Source: Dehalococcoidia bacterium (GTDB taxonomy: Bacteria > Chloroflexota > Dehalococcoidia > UBA2979). Taken from it: DNA of 64,000 nt. The stretch is from contig OZ244720.1 of assembly GCA_965219085.1 (NCBI GenBank), positions 1,568,001 to 1,632,000 of the forward strand, given 5' to 3'. This document shows positions 29,295 through 38,801 of the stretch, in pieces (position 1 is the first letter of the stretch; the number at the start of each line of letters is the position of its first letter). The translations under genes were made by a program, and so were the position numbers. Under the pieces are notes generated by a model. That model made no database searches. It saw only the letters and a list, made by a program, of their open reading frames with translations, and was not told the DNA's origin.

Positions 29295-30134
29295 CTACTC
29301 CAGCGTGAGCGGGGTGTCCTCGCGGTTCGCCCACTCGCCCATCGAGCCGTCGTAGTTGCGCGCGCGGTCGTTGCCGAGCATGCGCAGGACGAAGGCCGCG
29401 AACGCGGCCCGGATGCCACCCTGTCAATAGCTGACCGTCGCCGCCTCCGGGTTGATCCCCGCGCCTTCGATCAGCTCCCGGATCTCGTCGAGGGGGCGGA
29501 AGCGGCGCGACGGCGGGCCCTGCATCAGCCGTAGCCACTCGAGGTGCTTCGCGCCCGGCACGTGGCCGGCGCGCTGGTTGCCGCGGCCGTTCGAGCCGTC
29601 CCACTCGCCGTCGGAGCGCGTGTCCCAGATCTGGGGCGCGTCCGGCGCGTCCGGGCCCGCCTCGACGATGGTCAGCAGCTCGTCGACGGTGCAGTGCGAG
29701 CGGTCGTCGACGCGCGTCGTGAACGTCGCGGGCGCGGGGCGTGCGGGCGCCGAGGTGAGCGGGCGGCCCTCGTGCAGCCAGGCGTTGAGGCCGCCGTCGA
29801 CGACGCGCACGTCGCGATGGCCGAAGTGCTCGAACACCCACCACACGCGCGCGGCGTGTAGCGAGGCGTTGTCGTCGTAGATGACGACCGGCGTGTCGTT
29901 GGAGATGCCGAGGCGGCCCATGAGCGCCTCGAACTCCGGCGCGGTCATGACGAGCCGGGACTGCTCGCGGCCCTTGAGATAGGGGTGCGGCAGACCGACG
30001 GCGCCCGGGATGTGGGCGCGCCGGTAGGCGACGGCCTCGCCGGCGTCGATGAGCGCGAAGTCGCTGCCGACGCCGTCGAGGTTGTCGGCCAGCCAATCCG
30101 TGGTCGTGAGCAACTCGGACTGAGCGGTCGTCAT
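29295..30134 (-). CDS. Selenocysteine-containing two-domain rhodanese/sulfurtransferase (SseA/MPST family)
   Basis: HIPGAV, GISNDTPVVIYD...AARVWW, DGGL, GHVPGA; reading through TGA 29424-29426 gives VSY-U-QGGIRAA...RNYDGSMGEW to TAG at 29295 (279 aa). Confidence 0.9.
29385..29423 (-). promoter_or_regulatory. Bacterial SECIS-like hairpin
   Basis: Directly 3' of the UGA: lower stem CAGGGU/GUCCUG, upper stem GGCCGC/GCGGCC, apical loop GUUC starting 20 nt after the UGA. Confidence 0.75.
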
Positions 30135-30240
30135 GGTCGCCTCCTCATCGCCGCCGGGGGATCATACGCGGCGTGGCGCCCGGCGTCGGGCCGCCTCGAC
30201 GCGGGGCGCGGTAGCATGGCGTCGCTTCAGGAGGCGACCC

Positions 30241-31080
30241 GTGCGCATCGGCATCTCGCTCCCCGTGCGGGAGCTCCAGAACGACATGGCGGCGATCCGC
30301 GATTTCGCGCAGACCGCCGACGAACTCGGATTCACACACCTCCGCGTCCCCGAGCTACTCATCCGCCCCGGCAGCGGCGAGCTGCACGAGTCGCTGACGC
30401 TGCTGAGCTGGGTCGCGGCGCTCACCACGAACATCGAGCTCGTGCCGTCGGTGATCATCCTGCCCGCCCGCCAGACCGTGATGGTGGCGAAGCAGGCCGC
30501 CACCATCGACGTGCTGAGCGGCGGGCGCTTGCGCCTCGGCGTGGGCATAGGCGGGAGCGCCGAGGAGTATGTCGCGCTCGGCCAGGACTTCCACACGCGC
30601 GGGCGGCGCTGCGACGAGCAACTCGAACTGCTGCGCCTGCTGTGGACGCAGGAGTCGGTCGACTTCGAAGGGCGTTGGGACCGCGTCGAGGGCGCGGGCA
30701 TCGGCCCGCTGCCCGTGCAGCGCCCGATCCCGGTCTGGATCGGGCCCGGCGGCGGTGCGCCACTCCCCGAGCCGGTGCTGCGCCGCATCGGCCGCTTTGC
30801 CGACGGCTGGTTCGCCATTGTCCCGCGCGACCAGGTAGCCCCGACGCACGAGGCCATCGCCCGCCACGCCGAGGAAGCGGGGCGCGACCCGGCCGCGATC
30901 GGCGTCGAGGGCGCCGTGGGTGTGACCGGCGGAGCAACAGCCGAGTGGCTCGCGGACGTCGATGCGTGGGAAGCCGCGGGGGCGACGCACCTCTGCCTGC
31001 GCACGCTCGGCGCGGACCTCGACGGTGCCGGGCACGTCGCCGCCCTGCGCGAGGCCCGCGAGGCGCTCGACGCGCGTTAG
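30241..31080 (+). CDS. LLM-class (probably F420-dependent) oxidoreductase
   Basis: RBS AGGAGG; ADELGF..., VAKQAATIDVLSGGRLRLGVGIG, P.PVQRPIPVWIG, RIGRFADGW. Confidence 0.9.
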   Translation: MRIGISLPVRELQNDMAAIRDFAQTADELGFTHLRVPELLIRPGSGELHESLTLLSWVAALTTNIELVPSVIILPARQTVMVAKQAATIDVLSGGRLRLGVGIGGSAEEYVALGQDFHTRGRRCDEQLELLRLLWTQESVDFEGRWDRVEGAGIGPLPVQRPIPVWIGPGGGAPLPEPVLRRIGRFADGWFAIVPRDQVAPTHEAIARHAEEAGRDPAAIGVEGAVGVTGGATAEWLADVDAWEAAGATHLCLRTLGADLDGAGHVAALREAREALDAR

Positions 31081-31109
31081 CCGCTCACGATAGCCGCTAC
31101 TGGGCGGGG

Positions 31110-32384
31110 CTACGCCCCGCGGCCGGCGAAGATCGCCGGCGGGTACGCGGGCTCGACGTCGTCCGGGATGCCGTCGCGGATGGCCCGCTCCACCGTCTCG
31201 GCGGCGAGGTCGATATCCGCCTCGTTGTTGAAGGCGTGGAGCGACAGCCGCACGCTGTTGAACTCGGCGACCGAGCGACACACAACCCTCGCCTCGGCCT
31301 GGAGGAAGGCGTTCACGTCGCCCGCAGGCAGCTCGTCCACGCTGAAGCAGAACAGCCCGGTGCGCGTCGAATCATGGAGCGGGCTGACCACGCTCACGCC
31401 CTCGATGCGCCCGAAGCGCCCCTCGGCGTAGCGGTTGAGCTCGCGTGCCCGCTCGAAGACCGCCTCGGGCCCCGAGTCGAGGAACCACTCGGCCGCCTCG
31501 AGCGTGCCAGCGATGAGCGGCGTCGAGGTTGTCGTGAGCTCGTACTTCGTGATGCGCTCGCGCTCGGGCTCGAAGTTGCCCTCGAAGTCGTATGAGGCGG
31601 CCGAGCGCCCCGCCACCTTCGCCGGCGCGACGAGCGGGATCAGCTCCTCGCGCACGTAGAGCGCGCCGAGGCCGTCCGGGCCGCACAGCCACTTGTGTGA
31701 CGGGATCGCATAGAAGTCGACGCCGCTGTCGTGCACGTCGATCGGGATGTGGCCGGCCGTCTGCGCGCCGTCGACGAGCACGTACCCGCCTCGGCGGTGG
31801 GTCTCCTCGACGATGGCCTTGAGTGGCAGCAACTGGCCGGTCGAGTAGGAGATCTCGGAGAGGATGACGAGCTTCGTGTTGCCCTGTGCGGCGCCCATCG
31901 TAGAGACGAAGGACTCCATCGCCTGGCCGGGCGAGTCCTGCGCGTGGATGGGGACGATCAGCACCTCGCAGCCCGTGCGCTCGCGCAGGTAGTAGGCGGG
32001 CACGATGCCGGAGCCGTGCTCGACGTTGGTGGTCACGATGGCGTCGGCCGAGGTGACCTCCAGGCCGTTCGTGATGATGTTGATGCCCTCGGTGGTGTTG
32101 CCCATGATCGCGATCTCGTCGGGCGATGCGCCGCCGACGAGGCGACCCATCGTCTCGCGGTAGCGCGCGGCGAGGTCGAAGCGGTCGTCGAGCGCGTAAC
32201 GCGTCGTCGAGCCGTGCATGAGTTCGAGGTCGAGGCGCTGCTGTACCGCTGCGTGGGTCGCGCGGCGCTTGGGCCCGGAGAAGCCCGAGTTCATGTACGC
32301 GTACTCGACCATCGCGGGTGTGTCGTCGCGCCACGCCTGCCAGCGCTCGCTGCCGCCCATTACGTCGCAGTCGTCGTTCGTCAC
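31110..32384 (-). CDS. PLP-dependent class V aminotransferase (cysteine desulfhydrase/CefD-like)
   Basis: YMNSG, NTTEGIN, EH, VLVDGAQTAG, SHKWLCGP.G.GALYV, VRLSLH.FN; no SufS/IscS catalytic-Cys loop is evident. Confidence 0.85.
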   Translation of the reverse strand: MTNDDCDVMGGSERWQAWRDDTPAMVEYAYMNSGFSGPKRRATHAAVQQRLDLELMHGSTTRYALDDRFDLAARYRETMGRLVGGASPDEIAIMGNTTEGINIITNGLEVTSADAIVTTNVEHGSGIVPAYYLRERTGCEVLIVPIHAQDSPGQAMESFVSTMGAAQGNTKLVILSEISYSTGQLLPLKAIVEETHRRGGYVLVDGAQTAGHIPIDVHDSGVDFYAIPSHKWLCGPDGLGALYVREELIPLVAPAKVAGRSAASYDFEGNFEPERERITKYELTTTSTPLIAGTLEAAEWFLDSGPEAVFERARELNRYAEGRFGRIEGVSVVSPLHDSTRTGLFCFSVDELPAGDVNAFLQAEARVVCRSVAEFNSVRLSLHAFNNEADIDLAAETVERAIRDGIPDDVEPAYPPAIFAGRGA

Positions 32385-32456
32385 GCGCGTCTCCCCTCGC
32401 CGAAGTCTGTGATCGAGTCTACCGCGCGACGCCGCAGTGGGCCGCACCTGTGCCGA

Positions 32457-33101
32457 TGACCGGACCCCCTTCGCGAGACCACCGATTATGAGAGTCCAGC
32501 GTGTTGCTGAGCCTCCCAGCGCTCGGCGTAGGCAGCCGGGGCGAGCCAGCCCAGGCTGCTATGCGGGCGCTGCGTGTTGTACTCGATCCGCCAGTCCTCG
32601 ATGAGCACCTGCGCCTCGAGCAGGCTGTCGAACTGCTCGACGGCCAGGAACTCGTCGCGCAGCCGGCCGTTGAACGGCTCCACGTACGGGTTCTCCCACG
32701 GCGCGCCGGGCTCGATGTAGCTGCTGCCCGTGCCGGAGAACCGGCACCAGTCACGCAGCGCGTTGGCCGTGAGCTCGGGCCCGTTGTCACAGCGGATGTA
32801 CCCCGGCGCCGTCCCGCGCCCGGCGACGATCCGGTCGAGCGTCGCGGCGGTGGCGTCGGCGTTGATACGCCTGGCGGCCACCACCGCCAGCGCCTCCCGC
32901 GTGTGCTCGTCGACGACGTTGAGCAGCTTCAGGACCCGCCCGTCCGCGGTCTGGTCGAACTGGAAGTCCAGCGCCCAGACGTGGTTCGGCCGCTCGGCCC
33001 GCAGCCTGGCGGCGGGCACCGCCGAGTCCCCCAGACGCTGACGCTTGCGGCGTTTCACCGGGACGCGCAGCCCCTCCTCACGCCAGAGCCGTTGCACCCG
33101 C
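32457..33101 (-). mobile_element. IS3-family remnant (integrase core and one terminal inverted repeat)
   Basis: RVQRLWREEGL, RPNHVWALDF, IRCDNGPE, IEPGAPWENPYVE.FNGRLRDE, YNTQRPHSSLG; terminus ...GGGGGTCCGGTCA at 32457; orfA and the N-terminus are missing. Confidence 0.88.
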
Positions 33102-33745
33102 ATCCGCGAGGCGCGCTTCCCACGCCTCAAGTACCTCGCCGACTTCGGCCTGGAGGCGGCGCCGACCGTCGACCCGGCGCTGCTCGCCGCACTCGAACGC
33201 GGCGAGTGGATCGCCCAGCGCGAGCCCGTCGTGCTGCTCGGCGACAGCGGTACCGGCAAGTCGCACCTGCTGATCGGCCTCGGCATGGCCGCCTGCCAGC
33301 GCGGGCTGCGGGTGCGCTACACGACGGCGGCCGCGCTCGTGAACGAACTGGCCGAGGCGGCCGACGAGCGCACTCTCTCGCGCCTGGTCGCCCGCTACGG
33401 GCGGCTCGACCTGCTGTGCCTCGACGAGTTCGGCGACGTCCACCTCGACCCGCGCGGCGCCGAGTTGCTCTTCCAGATCCTGACCGAGCGCGAGGAGCGG
33501 GCCTCGGTGGCGGTCGCCTCCAGCGCCCCCTTCTCGGAGTGGGGCCGCACCTTCACCCACGCCCCCTCGCCGCCGCGGTCATCGACCGCCTCACCTTCCG
33601 CGCCCACATCATCCAGACCGGAACCGAGTCCTACCGGCTGCGGATCACCACCGCTGCGAAGGGAGGTGCGCAGACCAACTGATCACACCCCCGGAGGTAG
33701 GGCCCAAACCGATCATCAGGGTGGGGCCGAGTCTGGTCATCCCCA
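33099..33745 (+). mobile_element. istB: IS21-family remnant (truncated, frameshifted istB and right end)
   Basis: RIREARFP, GDSGTGKSHL, LLCLDEFG, frameshift near 33560 before AAAVIDRLT...GTESYR; tandem G(T/A)GGGCC end repeats ending in CA at about 33745; no istA. Confidence 0.85.
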
Positions 33746-34150
33746 CCCGTAACGTCTCCACCCCGGAAAGGCGTGATCCAAGCAGGCTACATCGGTAGTC
33801 ACGGAGGGGATGGTCTCGCCGAAGGGGTATTCGCGGATCTGCCGCTCGCCGGAGATGTCGAGTGGCGAAGAATGGCTGTGCGTTATCCCTAACCTCGTTT
33901 GGGCGGACACGTCGCACCAGTGTGTGTGTTCGAAGTAGGCGTGCTCGATGTCCGTGAAGACCAGGACGGCGAGGAGGATGGACGCGCTTGCGAGGCCGAC
34001 GCTGATGACCCTCTTGGGGGTCAAGAGGCGCCTTGCTGCGGAACCGGCTCGTTCGAGGCTCTTGGCTCGCTCCTCAGCGAGACGTTGCTCGATGCGCATG
34101 CTCTCTTCGCGCTTGCGCGCATCGACGTGGAATGCTTCTGGCGCAGGCAC
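33737..34150 (-). CDS. Hypothetical single-TM protein, 3' end abuts the IS21 end (probably truncated)
   Basis: One hydrophobic helix; the stop codon is supplied by IS sequence. Confidence 0.4.
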   Translation of the reverse strand: MPAPEAFHVDARKREESMRIEQRLAEERAKSLERAGSAARRLLTPKRVISVGLASASILLAVLVFTDIEHAYFEHTHWCDVSAQTRLGITHSHSSPLDISGERQIREYPFGETIPSVTTDVACLDHAFPGWRRYGWG

Positions 34151-34353
34151 GTGGGTGCTCCCCCCGGCCGCCGTGGCTCGATAGAGTCGGATCGTACTAC
34201 TTCACCACCAGTCCACCAGAGCGCAGGCTCCGCCAGGTGCCCCCTTGCTGGCTCTGGGAGCGGAGCGCTCACCGCAAGCAAGCCGGCCTGACCGGGCGCG
34301 GCGGCCGGTCCGGCGGCGTAGCTGACTCTCGACCATGCCGGCCCGGGCAAGCG

Positions 34354-34377
34354 AGAGGCCCCCGTGAGGGGGCCTCT
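34354..34377 (-). terminator. Terminator-like hairpin after glnA (GS I-beta)
   Basis: AGAGGCCCCC-GTGA-GGGGGCCTCT perfect 10-bp stem about 25 nt after the stop. Confidence 0.7.
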
Positions 34378-34400
34378 GCGTGTGCCCGGACGAGCGACCG

Positions 34401-35825
34401 TTAGTCGTTGAAGTACATCTCGTACTCGAACGGGGTGGGGCGCTGGGCCTGTTCGGCCACCTCGGAGCGCTTGAACTCGAGCCAGGTGTCGAGCACGTCT
34501 TGCGTGAAGACGCCGCCCTGCAGCAGGTAGTCGTGGTCGGCTTCCAGTGCGTCGAGCGCCTCGCCGAGGTTGCCCGGCACCTGTGGGAGGCCCATGGCCT
34601 CCTCGGTCGGCAGGTCGTAGATGTTGCGGTCCAGCGGGTCGCCGGGGTCGATCTGGTTCTGGATGCCGTCCAGGCCGGCCATCAGCATCGCCGAGAACGC
34701 GAGGTAGCAGTTCGCGCTCGGGTCCGGCGGGCGGAACTCGATGCGGGTGGTCTCCGCCCAGTCCGGCATGCCGATGCGGTAGGTGGAGATGCGGATCGCG
34801 GCGGAGCGGTTGCGCATCGAGTAGACGAGGTTCACGGGCGCCTCGAAGCCCGGTACCAGTCGCTTGTACGAGTTGGTCGTCGGCGCGGCGAACGCGAGCA
34901 CGCTGTGTGCGTGGCGGAGCAGGCCGCCCGTGTACCAGCGCGCGAGCTGCGAGAGGCCGGCGTAGCCGTCGGCGTCGAAAAAGAGCGGCACGCCGTCCTT
35001 CCACAGCGACTGGTGCGTGTGCATCCCCGAGCCGTTGTCGCCGTAGATCGGCTTCGGCATGAAGGTCGCGACCTTGCCGTCCTGGCGGGCGATGTTGCGG
35101 ACCAGGTACTTGTACCACTGGGCCACGTCGGCCTGCCTGACGAGGGTGTTCTTGCCCACGCCGATCTCGGCCTGGCCGGCCGTCGCCACCTCGTGGTGGT
35201 CGACGAAGGTGTCGATGCCGCAGTTGTTCATGGCCGTGACGATCTCGGCGCGCAGGTCGGCGGTGTCATCGAATGGCGGAAGCGGCGCGTAGCCCTCCTT
35301 GCCGGGGATCTTGTAGCCGAGGTTCGGTGCGTCGCCGGAGCCGGAGTTCCAGTGCGCCTCGACCGAGTCGATCTCGTAGTAGGCCGACTGCGGAGTCTGC
35401 TGGTAGCGGACGTCGTCGAAGAGGAAGAACTCGAGCTCGGGGCCGAAGAACGCCTCGTCGGCGATGCCCGTGGACTTCATGTACTCCTCGGCCTTGACCG
35501 CGACGTTGCGCGGGTCACGCGAGTAGCGGTCGCGCGTGACGGTGTCGATGACGCCGCACACGAGCGCGAGGGTCGGCTGGGCCGGGATGGGGTCGATGAC
35601 GGCGGACTCGATGTCCGGGACGAGCAGCATGTCGGACTCGTGGATCTCCTGGAACCCGCGCAGGCTCGAGCCGTCGAAGCCGTTGCCGTTCGCGAACAGG
35701 TCCTCGTCGAGCGCCTTCGGCGGGATCGTGAAGTGGTTCCAGCGGCCGAGCAGGTCCGTCACGCGCAGATCGACGCGCATGATGTTGTTCTGCTGTACCA
35801 GTGCCGTCAGCTCCTGCAGGTTCAA
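34401..35825 (-). CDS. glnA: Glutamine synthetase type I-beta
   Basis: FDGSSLRGFQEIHESDM, HHEVATAGQAEI, FMPKPIYGDNGSGMH.HQSLW, NRSA.IRI and the NIYDLP adenylylation site. Confidence 0.97.
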   Translation of the reverse strand: MNLQELTALVQQNNIMRVDLRVTDLLGRWNHFTIPPKALDEDLFANGNGFDGSSLRGFQEIHESDMLLVPDIESAVIDPIPAQPTLALVCGVIDTVTRDRYSRDPRNVAVKAEEYMKSTGIADEAFFGPELEFFLFDDVRYQQTPQSAYYEIDSVEAHWNSGSGDAPNLGYKIPGKEGYAPLPPFDDTADLRAEIVTAMNNCGIDTFVDHHEVATAGQAEIGVGKNTLVRQADVAQWYKYLVRNIARQDGKVATFMPKPIYGDNGSGMHTHQSLWKDGVPLFFDADGYAGLSQLARWYTGGLLRHAHSVLAFAAPTTNSYKRLVPGFEAPVNLVYSMRNRSAAIRISTYRIGMPDWAETTRIEFRPPDPSANCYLAFSAMLMAGLDGIQNQIDPGDPLDRNIYDLPTEEAMGLPQVPGNLGEALDALEADHDYLLQGGVFTQDVLDTWLEFKRSEVAEQAQRPTPFEYEMYFND

Positions 35826-35949
35826 GCGCTGCCTCCCTCTTCCCGGCGGCCCCTTCCGGCGGCCGCACCGTGGACTTGTGTACTACCGATATTGCACCGT
35901 GCGGCGCGCGTGATCACGCGCCGCTACGGATGCAGGCTATGGGTGCGCT

Positions 35950-35987
35950 ATTACCGCCGGATTACCCGGTTGTTACCGCTATGTTTC
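35950..35987 (-). promoter_or_regulatory. GlnR-type operator array upstream of glnA
   Basis: Minus strand GAAAC-N6-GTAAC-N6-GTAAT-N6-GTAAT (11-bp period). Confidence 0.75.
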
Positions 35988-36050
35988 AAGCTCCACACAC
36001 GTCCGAGGCGCCTCGGGAGGTGGGATCGCGCCCGGCCGGCCCGGCACGGC

Positions 36051-36731
36051 TCAGGCCGGCGGGTTCACCTCGACGAAGCGGTAGCCCACGTTGCGCACGG
36101 TCTCGATGTACGGCTCGTGGAGCTCGATCTTGGCGCGGATGCGCCGCACGTGGACGTCGACGGTGCGCGATCCGCCGTAGTAGTCGTAGCCCCACACATG
36201 GTTGAGCAGCATCTCGCGCGTGAACGCCTTGCCCGGATTGAGCGCGAGGAACCGCAGCAACTCGTACTCCTTGTAGGTGAGGTCGACGACCTCCCCGCCG
36301 AGCCGCACGGTGTAGCGGTCCTGGTCGATCGCGAGCTCGGCACGCCGCAACACGCCCGTCTCGATCGCCGCACCGACCGAGCCGAGGATGCGCTCCACGC
36401 GCAAGCGCAGCTCATCCGGGTCGAAGGGCGGCACGATCAGGTCGCTGACGGGCACGCCGGCGCCCACGAGGTGGAACTGCATCGGCGTCGCGATCGCGAG
36501 CAGCGCCGTGTCGCCCTCGAGCTGCGGGTCGCGCATGAGCGCGGCGAACCCGCCCATGGTCAGCCCGAGGTTGAGGTCGACGCAGAAGACGCGCGGCGGA
36601 TCCTCGCGCATGGCGATCAGGCCGCGCTCGAGGGTGGGCTCGCAGCGCAGTTCGTACGCGCCGTCGCGGAACGCCGCCTCGGCGGCGTCGGTGAACGCGC
36701 GCGAGTCACTGACCATCAGTACCTTCGGCAC
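36051..36731 (-). CDS. glnR: GlnR-like orphan OmpR-family response regulator
   Basis: wHTH DLTYKEYELL...VWGYDYYGGSRTVDVHVRRIRAK closely resembles actinobacterial GlnR; degenerate receiver (no KPF lysine); adjacent to glnA. Confidence 0.72.
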   Translation of the reverse strand: MPKVLMVSDSRAFTDAAEAAFRDGAYELRCEPTLERGLIAMREDPPRVFCVDLNLGLTMGGFAALMRDPQLEGDTALLAIATPMQFHLVGAGVPVSDLIVPPFDPDELRLRVERILGSVGAAIETGVLRRAELAIDQDRYTVRLGGEVVDLTYKEYELLRFLALNPGKAFTREMLLNHVWGYDYYGGSRTVDVHVRRIRAKIELHEPYIETVRNVGYRFVEVNPPA

Positions 36732-36901
36732 CGGTGCAGTGTAGGGAATCAGACGCGCGATATGCGAGGGGTCGCGGGGGTCGGCTGGTTACGTCGACTA
36801 TCGCGGCTCCCGGCAGGCGTTGCTACAATCCGTGGCCCACCCGCCGTGACGGACAGCCCGCACGTCCACGAGCGCAGCTGTGCCGAGGAGTACGCCTCTC
36901 C

Positions 36902-38113
36902 ATGCACGTTGTCGAAGCGGTGGACCTCACCAAGGTCTACCACAATCGCTACATCGCGCTGAACGCGCTCGACCTCCAGGTCGACAAAGGGATGGTGTAT
37001 GGGCTCGTGGGTCCGAACGGCGCCGGTAAGTCCACCACGTTCCGCATCATGCTGGGCCTGCAGCGCCCCACGGCGGGCGAGGTGCGCGTGTTCGGGGAGC
37101 CGATGAGTCCGCAGCGCGCGGACCTCCGACGCCGCATCGGCTTCCTCCCGACGAACCCCTCGCTCCCACGCGAGATGACGCCGATCACGTACCTGCGGTT
37201 CGTCGGCAAGCTCCTCGGCATGGACCGGGCCGAGGTCATGATCCGCCTCTCGACCCTCCTGCAGGTCGTCGACCTGGTTTCCGCCGGCTCCCAGCGCATC
37301 GACGAGCTGTCCACCGGCATGGTGACGCGTCTCGCGATCGCCGCCGCACTCATGAATGACCCCGAGCTGCTGATCTTCGACGAGCCGACCTCAGGCCTCG
37401 ACCCGTCCGGCCGCCGCCAGACGATCGAGCTGATCCGCGAGCTCTCGGGCCACGACCGCACGATCATCATCGCGACGCACATCCTCAGCGACGTCGAGCG
37501 GCTCTGCACGGATATCGGGATCATCTCGGAGGGCCGGATCATCTATCACGGCCCCATGGCCGAGATGCGCCGGCTCGTGCGCCAGCGCACCATCTCCGTC
37601 GAAGTCGAGGGCAACCTCATGCGCTTCGAACAGCAGCTCCCGGAGCTCGACACCTTCGGAATGGTCCGAGCCGAGCGCATCGGGTCGGAGTTCCGCATCA
37701 GCTTCCTCGGTGCTGAGCCGATCCCGGCCTACGTGCAGCGCGTGCTCGACCTCGTGAAGCGTACCGGCGTGGAACTGCTGCACCTCGACACCGGCGCCCA
37801 CGAGATCGAGGAAGCCTTCCTGCGACGCCTCGAGGAGGACCGTGCGACCAGCTTTGTGCGTGCATCGGCGTGGACGGCGGCGCAGAAGCTGGCGCTCCCT
37901 CCGGGCAAGCCCCGCAACGGCAGCGCCGTCGAGGTGATCAGCGAGGCCCTGCCCCCGGCCGGCGCCGGCACTGCCGACACCGCGGCCGATCCCGACCATG
38001 GCGACCTCGATATCGCTCCCGACGGCGCCGGGCAACACGCGTACGCCGGCGACGACGGCGATACGGAAGCGGAGGGACGGGATGCAGGCGTACGTCGCCC
38101 TGGTACGCCGTGA
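36902..38113 (+). CDS. ABC-2 type transporter ATP-binding protein
   Basis: GPNGAGKST, LSTGM signature variant, LIFDEPTSGLDP, THIL. Confidence 0.92.
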   Translation: MHVVEAVDLTKVYHNRYIALNALDLQVDKGMVYGLVGPNGAGKSTTFRIMLGLQRPTAGEVRVFGEPMSPQRADLRRRIGFLPTNPSLPREMTPITYLRFVGKLLGMDRAEVMIRLSTLLQVVDLVSAGSQRIDELSTGMVTRLAIAAALMNDPELLIFDEPTSGLDPSGRRQTIELIRELSGHDRTIIIATHILSDVERLCTDIGIISEGRIIYHGPMAEMRRLVRQRTISVEVEGNLMRFEQQLPELDTFGMVRAERIGSEFRISFLGAEPIPAYVQRVLDLVKRTGVELLHLDTGAHEIEEAFLRRLEEDRATSFVRASAWTAAQKLALPPGKPRNGSAVEVISEALPPAGAGTADTAADPDHGDLDIAPDGAGQHAYAGDDGDTEAEGRDAGVRRPGTP

Positions 38114-38801
38114 CCTGGAGCAGCTGATCGGCTCCTGGCTGCTGCGCGGCTGGGTCGTCTTGCTGGCGGGGCCGGCGGCGTTCCTGGTAGTGGTGGCCGC
38201 ACGCGAGGATGAGTTGGCCTCCGAGACGCTCGCGGCGTACGTCGCGGCGGTCCTCGCTCCGCTGTCGTGGATCGTGATCTCGGTCCTCGGCGGGACCGCG
38301 GTGAGCGGCGAGGCGGGCACGATCGCGGATGCGATCCTGTCGAAGTCGGTGACGCGCAGCGAGTATATCTGGGCGAAGATCACGAGTCGCCTGGTGGTCT
38401 TCATGAGCATCTACTGCGCCGTCATCATCCCTTTCGCGTACCTGATCGAGCGCTATGCGATCTCGAACGACACGTCACTCGAGGGGGTGGTGAGCGGCGT
38501 CGTGATGGTGGGTGTCCTGCTCGTGTTCCTCACGTCGTTCGGAATTGCGCTGTCCACGGTGTTCCGTAACTCGCAGTTCGCCGTCGTGGCCGCGTTGCTC
38601 ACGGTGGCGGTGTCGGGGGCGGTGCTGCAGTTCCTCGGGCTGAAGTGGATGAGCACGACCGCCGTCATCGGCGGCTTGCCCGAGACGTTCCGGGGCGAGA
38701 CGCCGCTCACCGACATGGTGCGCGTCCTGATCGTGTTCGCCGCGCTGAGCGCGGCCGCCATCGCCTCGGGCGTGTGGGTGTTCGAGCGAAGGGACCTTTG
38801 A
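38082..38801 (+). CDS. ABC-2 type transporter permease
   Basis: Six TM helices; VSGE..GT...ILSK.VTR.EY..AK; ends FERRDL. Confidence 0.88.
   Translation: MQAYVALVRRDLEQLIGSWLLRGWVVLLAGPAAFLVVVAAREDELASETLAAYVAAVLAPLSWIVISVLGGTAVSGEAGTIADAILSKSVTRSEYIWAKITSRLVVFMSIYCAVIIPFAYLIERYAISNDTSLEGVVSGVVMVGVLLVFLTSFGIALSTVFRNSQFAVVAALLTVAVSGAVLQFLGLKWMSTTAVIGGLPETFRGETPLTDMVRVLIVFAALSAAAIASGVWVFERRDL

Noticed and set aside
33045-33752. 235-aa ORF as an intact IstB
   Set aside because: Its N-terminus is antisense IS3 sequence and its C-terminus is out of frame after about 33560.
34380-36962. 860-aa plus-strand ORF
   Set aside because: Antisense shadow of glnA and the GlnR-like gene.
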